From Balanoglossus misakiensis (taxonomy: Eukaryota; Animalia; Hemichordata): a stretch of DNA of 64,000 nucleotides. Under the pieces are notes generated by a model. That model saw only the letters and a list, made by a program, of their open reading frames with translations. It searched no databases and was not told the origin of the DNA. Positions 12,051-25,108 of this stretch are shown piece after piece (positions within the stretch are counted from its first letter, which is position 1; each line of letters begins with the position of its first letter). The translations under genes and the position numbers were made by a program. The stretch is from positions 8,881,097 through 8,945,096 of the forward strand of contig CM082598.2 of the NCBI GenBank assembly GCA_040954595.2, read 5' to 3'.

Positions 12051-13210
12051 TATAGTCCTGTAACTAAAAATGACTTTCTAAAGGGGAGGAACAATACATC
12101 TTCATGTCACTCGCTCGGGCGGCGTTGCAGTGCATACGACACACAAGAAATGAGTGCCTCCAACATGGCCGACTTCCGGTTTGATGACTTCACGCGAAAA
12201 ACCTCTATTCGGAGAAAGGAGTTGGTGAAAGACCAAGTCGTAGGTTTTTGGGGGGAGGGGGCAATTGTATTCTACATTCTGGTTGTGATAAATTTGAATA
12301 AATGAATAAACTTGAATATCAATAAATTTAAATTATCTAAAGGAATACATGACATACATGGATGAATTTGAATAATTAAAAGTTTGCAATAAATAAAAAT
12401 AAATCACAAAAATTTACAATGGTGAATTTAGCTCCACTATCTCCACCATAGGGCAATTTTCTCAGTATGTGTTGTGTCCTGTGCGTTAACTACAGCTGCC
12501 TGTTAACTCCCTACATAGTTACACAATCTATTTGTTTGCAATCCTCATCTTTGGGGTGAGCCATTATATTTCCAGGGGAGCTGAAGGAATTAAATGGGGT
12601 TGTTGGCAAACTTTTGCTCACCAATCATGAAGAGGGTTTTCCTCTCCCCTGTTGGAAAATTTAACATTATACAGACCCCAAGAATGCATTTTAATGAACT
12701 CAAGAGCAAACTGGTTGAACAATATTGGGGGATGTCTTTGCCCCCTCCCACCCCCCACAAAAAAAGCAGCATATATTATTTTTTTTCTCTCTCTTTTGTC
12801 TTTCTTTACTTTCTTGTCTGTATGGTATGGCAACGTTAAGTCAACCTCTGTAGTTGATTTTGTGTTGAATGAATGAATAAATAAATAAATATGGGGGTGC
12901 AGGTGGTCCAATGATATTAAACAATGTCAGCACAGCTTGATGAAAAGAATTTAGACCATATATTTCAAATTACGTTGGAGTTTTTTTCTAACATAGTAGG
13001 GGGGACATTCATCTCACATACCAGATTTCATTTATCGTAAGGATCACGCTGACCCAGTCAGAAATTGGATTATCATTTTGCTGAGGCCAAAATCTGGGAA
13101 ACACCAAACGACAGACACGGTATACTTGCTGAGGACTTCTGAGCTTTCACTGCACTGCAAAAGTTTTCTTTTGTCTTCAAGGCGTTAAGTATGATTCACA
13201 CTGAATAATA

Positions 13211-16200
13211 ATGAGGTACTCTGGATTCCTTCTCCATCTGCTAAACACCGCACCAACCATTCGCAATGGTAGATTGCCCAGCTCAACCTGGAAGACCATC
13301 AAATCATTAAATCTACAGCGAAGACCACCGACACATAGAGGAACTAGGGCAGGCACTAACAAAAGGAGGTCCATTCGCGTAATTACATCAACACCTTTCT
13401 CCAGGGCCGAACAACGGTCTGGTACTTCATTGAACAGAGTCAACTTCAAAAATTTGATCCAGATTCCAGTGAATTCAGCTGCGATCAGTCAATGCAAACG
13501 AATTCAGAGACAGTGCAACCTATTGCTTTCTACGTGGAACATCCGATCTATCTGCAACAAGGCACTTGAAGTGAGTGAGTATGTCATTGATCGTGATATT
13601 GATTTGCTGGCACTGACAGAAACTTGGTTAACAGAAAATCCTAATCAAACCGTCATCAATGAATGTACCCCAAATGGCTACTCGTTTCACCAAACACCGC
13701 GTATTACATCTTCCGGCGGCGGCATAGCACTGTTACACAAATCTTCGATGAAAATTACTGCCTGGAAACCATTGAAAAACGTTGATTCGTTTGAAGCAAC
13801 AGAAGCTACTGTACTGCACAAAGGAATCTCTCTGAAACTGCTCATCGTCTATCGCCCACCCCCGAATAACAAAAACAAATTTACAACATCGCAATTCCTA
13901 ACGGAGTTTGGAAATACACTTGAAAAGCTTGTTCCAAATACAGGCAACCTGTTCATTGTTGGCGACTTCAACTTGCATCTGGATGATCCGCACAATGCTA
14001 CAGCTGTGAAGTTCAAAGATCTCATCGACTCATTTGGTTTAAAGCAATGGATAAGCGACTCAACACATGTAAAAGGCCACACCCTTGACCTGATAATTAC
14101 TAATTCTGAAAAAGTCATTAAAGCGATATCCATCGATTGCCACAGTCTTTCAGATCACTTTCCAATTCATGCAAGGCTGGTATTTCAGAAACCACCGCTT
14201 GAAAGACGCCAAGTCACACATCGATGCATATCTGCTATCCCAATGAGTGATTTCATCAATGATGTTGCGTCCATTCCCGACTTTCATCACCTGCCATCAA
14301 ATATTCATAAAGCCATATCGACCTATGATTCAAAACTGTCTGCTCTTCTTGATATACATGCACCAGTAAAGAAACGCACTGTCACTGTTCGTCCAGACAC
14401 TTGATGGTATAATGCTACTATTAAACAAGCAAAGACGGATAGAAGATCTGCCGAGCGTAAATGGCGAAACACCAAGCTAGAAATCCACCGCCAAATTTAC
14501 AAAGAACAGTGTCTTCACGTGACCAAATTAATACGCCAGGCCAAACGTGACTACTATTCCGACCTCATATCTGAGAATGCCAATAACCAGAGATCACTGT
14601 TCAAACTAGTTTCTACACTTTGTACCAAGCATTCACAATCTCTTCCTGACCATACTACACTGGGTGAACTCACAGAACGTTTCAGTGACTATTTTATAAG
14701 CAAGATCAAGATTATTCGTGACAACCTGAACTCCACTAATTACATCCCACAGATCATCAATACAGAAACCAATACTACGACCATATTTTCATCATTCAAC
14801 CAAGCAAAAGCAGAAGAAATAAAAACTCTCATCATGCAGTCACCTACCAAATCATGTTGCCTTGATCCACTTCCAACTTCGATACTAAAGAAATACCTAG
14901 ATACACTACTTCAGTACATAACTGCGACAATAAACCTCTCTCTTCAATCTGGACAAGTACCCACAGCATTCAAGTCTGCCGTTGTCACCCCGTTACTCAA
15001 GAAGGCTTCTCTGGACATTAACATCCTTAAGAACTACCGTCCAGTCTCAAATCTACCATTCCTCTCTAAAGTCCTGGAAAAAGTTATAGCCACTCAACGC
15101 ACCACTTATCTCACCGCTAACTCACTATTGGAACCACTACAATCTGCATACAGACAATACCACAGTACTGAAACCGCTCTCCTGAAAGTTCATGACGACA
15201 TTTGCATGTCTATCGACTCCGGAAAGTGTGTCATACTTTTCTTTTTGGATCTTTCAGCTGCATTTGACACCATTGACCACAGCTTACTGTTAAACCGGCT
15301 CTCGGACCTTGGCATTACAGATGTCGCCCTCAAATGGTTCGGATCGTATCTCATGGACAGACATCAGTCAGTAATTATTGGAAATGTCACCAGTAAACCC
15401 CGTCCTCTTCAGTGTGGCGTACCACAAGGGTCAGTCCTCGGACCACTTTTGTTCACCATATACATCTCTCCACTAGGGAAACTTATTCGACAACATGACC
15501 TGGAATTTCACCAATATGCAGATGGCAACCAATTATACCTGTCCTTCTCCCAAAATGATTCATCAACCGCTGTCAGTTCCATCGAGGCCGGTATCTGTGA
15601 CATCAAGCACTGGATGACGGAAAACATGTTGCAACTCAACGACTCCAAAACAGAAGTTATTCTCATCCGTTCAAAGTTTAACCATTCTCCAGTTCCTTTC
15701 GACAGTATCACCATTGGCTCAAGTACAATACAACCAGTTAAATCCGCCCGCAACATTGGAGTTACCTTCGACAATACTCGCATGTTTCACAAGCATATTC
15801 AAATAACCTGTCAGTCGATGTATGCCAACTTACGTCGAATTGGATCCATCAGAAGATATCTCAGTAAGGAAACTTGTCTCACAGTAATACATGCCGTTTT
15901 GTCATCTAAACTGCATTACTGCAATGCATTGCTGTACGGACTTTCCGAATCCAGTATCAATCTACTTCAAAAAGCACAAAATACAGCAGCCAGAATCATT
16001 ACCCGCACGAGGAAATCAAACCACATATCACCAGTTCTTAATAGTCTCCATTGGTTGCCAGTTCGACACAGACTCGACTACAAAATTCTACTACTAGCGT
16101 ACAAGGCTCTCAACCGTCTTGCCCCAATCTACATTCAGGATCTGATCAAGCCATATAAGCCTAGTCGTGCTCTGCGCTCCAGCTCAAGGAACCAGTTGTG

Positions 16201-16451
16201 TGTACCAAAGTACAGACTCAAAACATATGGTGGACTTGCCTTTTCCGTTGTCGCGCCACAACTTTGGAATTCTCTGCCATCTGACATTCAACAGGCTTCT
16301 AGTCTCAACATTTTCAAACAAAAACTCAAGACATTTCTATTTCTCAAAGCCTACGAACACTGATGTTATACTTTCAGCGCCTTTGGAAATAACATTGTTA
16401 TTGATTCTGGCGCTTTATAAATGTTTGTTTTGATTTGATTGATTGATTGAT
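13211..16451 (+). mobile_element. L2/CR1-group LINE, APE endonuclease + RT, one in-frame stop
   Basis: WNIRS, LTETWL, GDFN and SDH (APE); [22 protein letters not shown] and YADG (RT). ORFs 13211-14404 and 14519-16363 are in the same frame, split by TGA 14402-14404. (GATT)n tail ~16430-16451. Confidence 0.95.
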
Positions 16452-16699
16452 AATCATGCTAACAGTAATTCACAAGCCATTCAGAAGTAAAGTTTCATTT
16501 ATTGCATCTTCAAGCGTTTTGCATCACAATTATGATCTAATATGAATGTAATCGAATGATTGTAACTGATGTAACACTATACCTGAGTAACACAAGAAAT
16601 CATACAATTTGGCAAGAATAAGGTTATAGCACACTGTTGTACTGAAAACTGTACTTTACGTGTGATGGCATCTTAAAAGGGCAAACTTCCAAACTGATT

Positions 16700-19600
16700 C
16701 TAAAGATGTGCTGTATGTATGTCATTCAGCTTATGTTTTATTTCATCTGTGATGGCCAAGTGGACGGACTTAAAAGAATTATTCAGGCCCTCATTTCCAC
16801 GCCGAATGCATGTAGTATTTGGATGATAGTAAACATTCTGCATTCTTCCCATTTTGGTAACACCTGTTGCAGAATCCTTGTAAGTAGCTTGCTCCCAGTG
16901 CTGGATGATAACATCATTGGGAGGGGGATGTGGTACACCTGACGGTGCTTTTAGGAAAAGAGACTTGCAACCCCCACATCTTTTCACCTTTGGATGTTTT
17001 TCAAGGAGAGTTACCCAGAAGTGACTGTCATGGCACTTATCATTTTCCACGGGTTGTGCTGTAGGTGAATTTTCTGTGCGCACAATTCTTAGTTTTAGGG
17101 ATGGTTCCTTGGAGACAGGCACAACAGATTCTACAACCTTTTCTTTTTGCCGTCTCCTTATATATCCTTCTTTTTTCCCAGCACCACGTGGAATAAATGA
17201 CTGAGCAGCTACTGTTAAATTTGGAGACACTCTTTTACCTGTTGATTGTAATATTGTTTCAACTTCATTGACCTTCAACATGCATGCAAATGTGTGTGCA
17301 CACAAACGGAATGTTTTGAAACCCATGCAGTCACCATCACAGCTATAATTTCCCACATATTTTCTTGTGACAACATGAACCTTACAATCAGCAGTGTCTA
17401 AATTGCCTACAAAGAACTTGATTTTGCTTTGCTTTATCAAATCATGGGCCTTGGCTATTAGATTTGCTGCATGTTGTTTAACCATGCCGTACTTTGTCAC
17501 AAGCACATCAACAAATGACTTATCTGTCATCATTTGACTCAGCTCTTCCTGCTCTTCAATGGTGACGACATTTTGCTTGTAGAATGCTTGTTCAAATCTT
17601 TCCTTCGCCTTCAGTGTTGACTTGAAGTATTTATGTCCCATAATAATAATAATAATTTATTTGTATAGCGTCAGTATCCACAAAAAATGTGATCAATGAC
17701 GCTTAAAGCAAAAGTACAATACAACAAATGGCTAAAAAACAGATTTAAAAAGTAAGGTTTTAACATTTGATTTAAAAACAGATAAGTCTGGTGCCTGGCG
17801 AATGGTGAGTGGAAGATTATTCCAAAGAATTGGAGCAGCAACAGTAAAAGCACGATCACCATAACTCTTGGTGCGTGATCGAACAGGGCAGAGTTTGAAC
17901 TGATCAGCTGACCTTAAATTGCGACACGGAACATATAGATTAGTACATATTGAAAAGTATGGGACCAAGAACTGATCCCTGTGGTACCCCAGTGTCGAGC
18001 GGATAAAAAGGTGATTGGGTGGAATTTACAAGTACACACTGACTACGATTGGAAAGGTATGAATTAAACCACATGAGAACAGTATCAGAGAGACCAAAGC
18101 GGTCTCTTAAGCGATTGAGTAAAATGGTATGGTTCACAGTGTCAAATGCTGCGGAAAGATCGAGTAATACCAAGAAAATATCTCTTTTTTCATCAAGAGC
18201 AAGCAAAATGTCATTTGTTACTTTGAGGAGAGCAGTCTCAGTTCTGTGTCCTGGCTTGTAAGCAGATTGCAAAGGCTCGTCCAATGAATGGTTGACAATG
18301 TGAGAAGTCAGTCTCTTGGCAACAATACGTTCCAGGATCTTCGACAAAAACGGCAGGTTGGATACAGGACGGAAATTTTTGAGAACTTCATGATCAAGAG
18401 ATGGCTTTTTAAGTAGAGGTTTAACGACGGCTTCCTTGAAATGAGCAGGTACAACACCATACTGCAGAGAGTTATTGAAGATTTCTGTGATATGTGGTAA
18501 CAAAACTTGTAAAAGTACATCTTGTAACATTGTCCCATGCAATGCATTTGAAAGTTAGCAGACAGCCTTTAATCACCTGTATTTGCAATTGCCTTTCGGA
18601 CAATTTCATCTTGATCTTCAAAAGTTCCTCAACCATTTCAAGAAAATCAGGAAGTTCTTGACTTTTGAAACCTGCTCTTCTCTTCAATATAGCATTCATT
18701 GATTCACATTGGTTGGTTGAAAATTTGCCCTCCACTCCATTCCTTGCACGTACATCTTGTAACATTGTCTCATGCATATAAGCTGCAATATTTTCTGTAA
18801 ACCATCTGTGAAACTGAGGCTCTTTTATAGATTGTGGAACATTTCACTTTCATCGATTCAACGTAATCATGAAATACATCTGCATCTGCATCAACTAGAC
18901 CCTCTTGGTACTGATTTGCAATGTGACCACCATATATATCAAGTAGTATGTCTTGCCTGATATTTCGTGGAAGGTTCAAAGCTGAGAGCTTTAATTCAAC
19001 ATTTCTCCTACTGTGGATTGTGCACCTCAAGTGATCAGCAACAGAAAATGTAGCTTTAAAGGCACTCTGTAAAGCCTCTTCACCATCTGAGCCAAATGCC
19101 TTTAACTGCTTTGAATTTTCACTCATTCTAACTATACTGCCTGACAGAAATTGGTAGGTAGAGTACTGCTTCCTGTAATGCACTAATGCTGGACCTATAA
19201 ATATTGGATGTTTGCCAGTGTCAACACGTTCAAGGGCCAAGTTCTTATATGTTGTTGGGGTGAAATAAAAGGCACCTAAATTGAAAGTTGGGTCTACAGT
19301 CAAAACAGAATTACATGGTCTTGGCGCTGTAACACAAAAACGTTCTACATCTCTTTTAACATGATTAGTGCTCAAGAAACACATTGGTTCTGGAGCAGCT
19401 TCTACCAACTGTATTATACTTTGCCCACTTCTACTCATGTTTAATTTGCTCTTTTCAATGATATAGCTAGCTCATCATTTCTGTCATCAATAATTGCAGT
19501 CTCTGATTTTAACCCTTGACTGCGGAAATTATTTACTTGTTTGTAATTTCTGGGTATTTCAGTTATACTAGATGCATGCACAACACCCCCTGTGCCTTTT

Positions 19601-22600
19601 CGAATTTTGCTTAAAACATTTGTTGGTGTCAGTGTCTTTGTTTCTCTTTTCATTAAATTTCTAACCGATGCAGATGTTTGAGTGTAGGATTTTGGTTTCT
19701 TAGCATTACCATGACATGTTATTGGAATATTGTGTTCTTCGCCAGAAAACAAATACTGAACTATGCAAAACCTGTGGTAATTTTCAAGTTCAGTTTTGAT
19801 ACGGTAGATAACCCTTCTAAAGTCTCTGCTTAACTTGTGAACACAATTAAGCCTGTATATTGTGAAAAATTCATAGTTTTGCATTTTCCCATGTAACTGT
19901 GAGTGTGAAGCAGGAACTATATCAAGTATAGAATTATCATCCTTTTTCACATATACCTTTTGTGGTCTGTAGGACCCACTCTGGTAAACATCATTGCCAT
20001 CAGCTAAAAGGTCTTTAACATCATCTAACTGATCAAGGTCAATAATGAAAATTGCATTTCTCATTACATTTGTAGGTTGTCTCTGACAAATCAAGTCTTT
20101 ATTTATATTTGGACTTAAAAGAATTTCAATGACCTCCTCGGTGGAAAGTAAGTCTTTACGTCCTTGTTCAAAAACTGGAAGTCCATCATGGAAATGTACT
20201 TCTTCTTTAGACTGGCTGTGGAGGAAACAGATATGATACATTATGTGTAAGCAGAAAGGCGGTGAACATGTGTTATATTTTACATCTACCGTTTTGTATA
20301 CTGTAACAAACCTCATCCATATTCTGTTTTTATGATTCACAAAATACAATACTACTCTAAAATTAATCCATCTGTTGATAGTTTAGCAAGTGTTGCTGAA
20401 GTAAGCATAAGATCCAAATGCTGAGAAGGGTTATAAAAACATGGTGTGAGTGGTTTCAGGCTGATCAGCCAACCAACACATTTGAGAAGTGTTGTAACAC
20501 TGCTAATGGATTCTGAGAAAAAATTGGTAGTCAAATAAAACTGACTATTGTCAAGAAATAATATTGATATCTTTTGGAATCATACATTTTTAATTTATTC
20601 ATACTGTCATTAGCAAAAATTACTTAGTTTTTTTAAGCTTCAGAACTACTTTCTTCTGAACTAATGTTAACAACAGTCTCATAAGACTTCATATTGGTAT
20701 CTTTATTTGATCCACTACAACTTTCTTCAACTATGAAACAATCACTGTCTCTGTCTGAAACATGACCTTTGCATGATGTTGTCCTGTAAATATAAAAAGA
20801 ACGAATCTCTGTATTTGGGAAAAAATGTACTCAAAACAAACTGGTTGCCCACATATGTATGAGGCAATATGTGAAGTACACACACCAATGTCATTTATGT
20901 TAATAATATCATTGAGATTGTAGCAATATACCCATACAGTCTGCTGAGTCAACTTGTTCTCACCTCACTGGCCAGTGAGAGTGTGGGAACTTTCATCCCA
21001 CACCGTGTATTATTGCGCGTGAGCGATGAGTTTGTACGCCGAATGCTTTGATTGGTCAGTTTTGCCTTCACAGTAATACTGTCACGTATTAATGAGCCAA
21101 TAGAAACACACGTAATATAGAGCCGGAACCACAACGACATGAATAATTTATTGTCGTGCGCGCAGATGACAGCTAGCTAGCTTGACAGCTATATGTTGCA
21201 TTTTGTTGTTTACATCATGTAATGTACAACGTATGAGTAACTTAAAAAGTTAACCTTGAATGGAATATAAAAACTATTTATAATCATTCATCACTGTGTG
21301 GTCGATGTATAATTACTGGTAAAACTATTTTTCTTCTGCGGAAGGATATAAATTGCACTCTGGCCTTACTACACATTTCCCTGTGAAACGGACTGCAGTT
21401 TTATAAAACTGGAATATTTTTCTTGTTTTTCGTTTGAATTTATGATGGGGTGAGAAAAAGAATCCCACACATCTTGGCAAAACACAATTTTTTATGACTG
21501 GCTAATTAATGATAACAACTCAAAATGAATGAGCTGTTTCTTCAAGTTTCCTGTCTTTTTAGTACCATTTTAGCAAAACTGCAGGATGCATGGAATTCCA
21601 ATGCCTTGTCCGATGTAACCCACCAAAATAGCGACAAATATGACAATTTTCAGCTGTATCAAACCCAAACACAATACAAATGTAGTTAAGAAAACTATGT
21701 GAAAAGGACACCATGGTAAGTTACTTGTCAAAATATGTTCTTGCATCCAATTGTGCACTACTAGAGTGTCTACTGTTAGTGCTGTCTTGACAGGAGCTAT
21801 CACTATCAGAACCTATTTCCTGAAATCACCGTTTAGTTCCTTGTATTTTACGTCTATGTTGCGTTTTTCTGTGACATGGAGAAAATAGAAAAGTAAGAAA
21901 GCTACCAGGTTTATAATGTACAAATCAAATTCAAATTATTGGAGAAAATATATTCCTATCAAATTTTGTGTCTGAGAAGTGTTAGAAATAGCAGCGTTTT
22001 GGCTGAAAGGCCAAATTCTGCTTTAGGATGGGTTCTCAAGCAATGCTAAATTTTGAAAGGGTAAACATTTACCTGGACACTTTATGTGGACTTTCCATGT
22101 TTGCAAGCTCAGCGATGATCTGATCAATATCCTATAAAAAAACATCACAATGTCTCATATTATTATATTGCTATCATATTCATACTATTAAAAAATATAG
22201 ATTGTTGTCAATGTCATACTCCCCATAATTCCAAGTACAGTACATTTTTGTCTGGGGAACCCTGCTTTGTTTTGCCTCTTTTGGGTGTGATTGGGAACAT
22301 TAGTTTTTCATGATTAACAAACAAATTAGGCAAACCAACCTTTTACTATTTGTGTACTTTGCAACAGACAAGTGAAGTTCCATGTCAGTTAAATGTATTC
22401 CACTGTAACAGTGAAAATAAAGATGCAAGTGCAACATACCTCAGTTGAGTCCCTTGTTTCAACATGGTGAACCTTCTTTGACTTAGGTTTAGCAGTAGTC
22501 TTGGGTGACCTTGGATGTTTTTCCCCTGATACTTTTCTCTCATTAAAAGATGTATACTTAAAGCCTTTGTATTTAATTACATTATGCATGGCACTTCCTT

Positions 22601-24552
22601 CTACACCCCATCAGAAGACAGTGAGGGTGATGATGGCCTACAAAGAAAGCCATATATGTGTAATCAACTACTGATGTTGCAAATCTGACACAAGTGGCAA
22701 GTAATAGTATGTACTAAATATGCTTATATGTAATTCAGAACAACCTCAATGCACATACAGATTGGCAAAACAAAAACCACAGTAACTCTAACTTGATTGT
22801 GTTAAATGCACAAAGTGAGGAAATATGCACTAGTTACAGATAACTAACATTAACACGTTTCATTGTACAGTAAGATGTCTTTCAGATTCAAATCTGTACC
22901 ATGGTTCATCAAATTACGTGCATACATTTCAAAACTATGTCACTAATTTTAAAAAATCATTGAATATACAAATTATCATTGAATCAGCATGGAACTCTAT
23001 CATAATTGAGATAATAATTTCTACAGCAAGTTTTGTTATATTTGGTCCAGAAGTCTTAATACACATAACAGATACATGGATATGGTCTTTAATTTTATTA
23101 CAAGTTGGTCTCAGTTCAAGTGCTTTATGCTGGATAAACTTACATATCCAAATTATCTTCTGCAGACAAAACTCTGGAGGCATTCTCTTGTATACTCTGG
23201 TAACAAATGTTTGAAAAAGAAAGATGACATGTAATTACAAAGAGGCATGTAAACTGGTGTTTAATGTATCTTGCAAAACAAAAATATTTGATTAAAAGGG
23301 GAACTATCATCTCTTTTAAATGAGCTATTTTTATTTCTTGGTTTTTTTAAGGCAATAAGATTTTCACTGAATGAGAAGAAAAGATACACATCCAAACAAA
23401 GTCTACAAAGTTTTGTGCTATTTTTCTCAATATAGATGACAATTTATGAAGTAATTATTCATGCAAAATACTAATCATGCAACCTACCACGTCCAAAATC
23501 AATCAAGATCCTCACAAAGGTGATGAGCTTGAGTAAAACTAACACCATAACTTAACATATGAGACAAAATATAAGCTATTACTACCCTACCTATAAACCA
23601 TGCTGTTTCCCATAACCTTGCACTACTTCAGCATATGATGGCTTCAACTTTAGATGGAAAAAAATGATAATAACTGAAGTACAAATATAACTACAGTTAA
23701 CTGTTTATAAAGCTATGAAATTTAGAATTTTGATAAATGCCATTTTCTACTGTCTTAATAAACAAAAAATATGCAATCTGAAATATCTTTTCAAATATCA
23801 TATGTCCATGAACATTGTACACTTGTTAAAATATTAGGACACACTAGTTTCAATATGAGTACTAGGCATAACCAAAAGTAAATGTACCTTGTTTGTACCA
23901 CAAGCATCACAAACAAATGCACTTAATGGGTTGAGTAAAGTGCAAACTTTGCACTGCCATTGCTGCTGTCCAGAAGGCCCTCCATCTCTACTACCACCTG
24001 ACTCATGCCGTCTGTTACTATGAAAGTGACAGAATAAATATCAAGCTAGTTCACAAGGTCATTTAAATTGCCAACATCTTATTTGAGGACATTAGACCAA
24101 GGATGTTTTAAAATATGCAAATGAATCCATAAAATACAATAATCACTAATCTTGTTATCATAGGAAATGAATCTTGCCCGCTCGTTGGCTAAATTAACTA
24201 ATTTAGTCATAACCCCTCCCCATCCTGCCATTCATATCATATAAACCACATAGGATGACTGCAATGCCTGATGTGAAGCATTCACAATGAGTTTAAAATT
24301 ATCACTCTTTATCTTTCTTTGGGTATCTTGCAAACTTTCGACAAAAGCCCAGTCAGCCTGAGTGTATGCTGTTTGAACCAAAATATGTAGCTCAATCCCC
24401 CCCCCCATCACGCCATGTGACTGTGACATGATGATGGCATTATGCCTTTCTTCACCATTCAAGCCAAGCTGGCCCGGTTGAGACAGTCACAAGAGAGGAA
24501 ATAATTCTGAGGTTTACCTTAGGAAACTTGTGTACGCTTGGAAAAATGCCAT
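16700..24552 (-). pseudogene. Multi-exon Mutator-like (MULE) DDE transposase with SWIM finger, C-terminal Cys/His finger and probable N-terminal RanBP2/NZF finger; disrupted
   Basis: Main exon from 20215: VDPTFN, GSDGEEAL, LRCTIH, TNQCESMN; SWIM CDGDC..CAH; KRCGGC...YYH..C. Putative upstream exons 24552-24518, 24017-23888 (WQCKVCTLLN...CDAC), ~23197-23145, ~22638-22439, ~22131-22073, ~21869-21725, ~20783-20625. Frameshifts, stops and a LINE insertion are present. Linkage of the upstream exons is inferred. Confidence 0.75.
17642..18530 (-). mobile_element. 5'-truncated, internally deleted L2-type LINE inserted in the MULE ORF
   Basis: RT motifs [18 protein letters not shown] and [10 protein letters not shown], joined directly to the C-terminal GDRAFTVAAPILWNNLP. 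(TTA)n tail at 17642. 8-bp TSD TGTCCCAT at 17634-17641 and 18531-18538. Confidence 0.92.
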
Positions 24553-25108
24553 CCTTCGATTCTAAATTACACAACTGCGCTCAAGTTCGACGTACTACGC
24601 CTGGCGGTTAGTTATCCTATGACATTTCAAACGGTGGCGGCGCTGTCACTCTTGAGATATCTGAAATCTGACGTCATGCATTCGAGTCTGGCGGCCGGCG
24701 TGGCCCATCCGCATGACTGTACTCCCCAGGGAAGTGGGGAAAATTAATCGAACGGTACGTTTGCAACCATGGCAGACCAGCCTAAAACTATTATCCAAAT
24801 TACCGCAGAATTGTTTATTTCAAAATTCATGTGTTAGAAAATAATAAATAGGGTGCATCTCTCTTTGAAAAATGTTGTTGAAACTGAACTTGAAGAGATA
24901 CCCGACAATGACGTCACGCGATAATCGAACCTTGCTTGGGCGGGGATCGAGGACAATAAACAATCGTACGCACCCCTGGTTACGGCAGCATAAACGTATT
25001 AGACAAGACTCGAATCTGAATCAGAATATGAATCTTGGGCTGTGGAACGTGAAACTTGAAACGTGAATCTTGAAACTTGAAACGTGAATCTTGAATTAGG
25101 CTTACCCA

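Larger units (their letters stand above)
9292..12206 (+). mobile_element. Internally deleted ISL2EU-like (PIF/Harbinger-related) DNA transposon
   Basis: TIR AGAGGTTTTTC...GAAAAACCTCT flanked by an AT duplication (9290-9291, 12207-12208). Subterminal inverted GCCATGTTGGAGGCACTC. Convergent THAP and SWIM-YqaJ gene remnants. Confidence 0.85.
4983..25107 (-). mobile_element. Large TIR-bounded composite DNA transposon (Mutator/MULE-like) with nested insertions
   Basis: 4983-5089 (GGGTAAGCCTATATTCAAGATTCACGTTTCAAG...) is a near-perfect reverse complement of 25001-25107. A MULE-type transposase lies inside. No target-site duplication is visible. Confidence 0.65.

Noticed and set aside
17940-18542. 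200-aa ORF as a MULE-RT fusion protein
   Set aside because: It is a junction artefact of a truncated LINE insertion plus filler DNA, and the RT lacks YADD.
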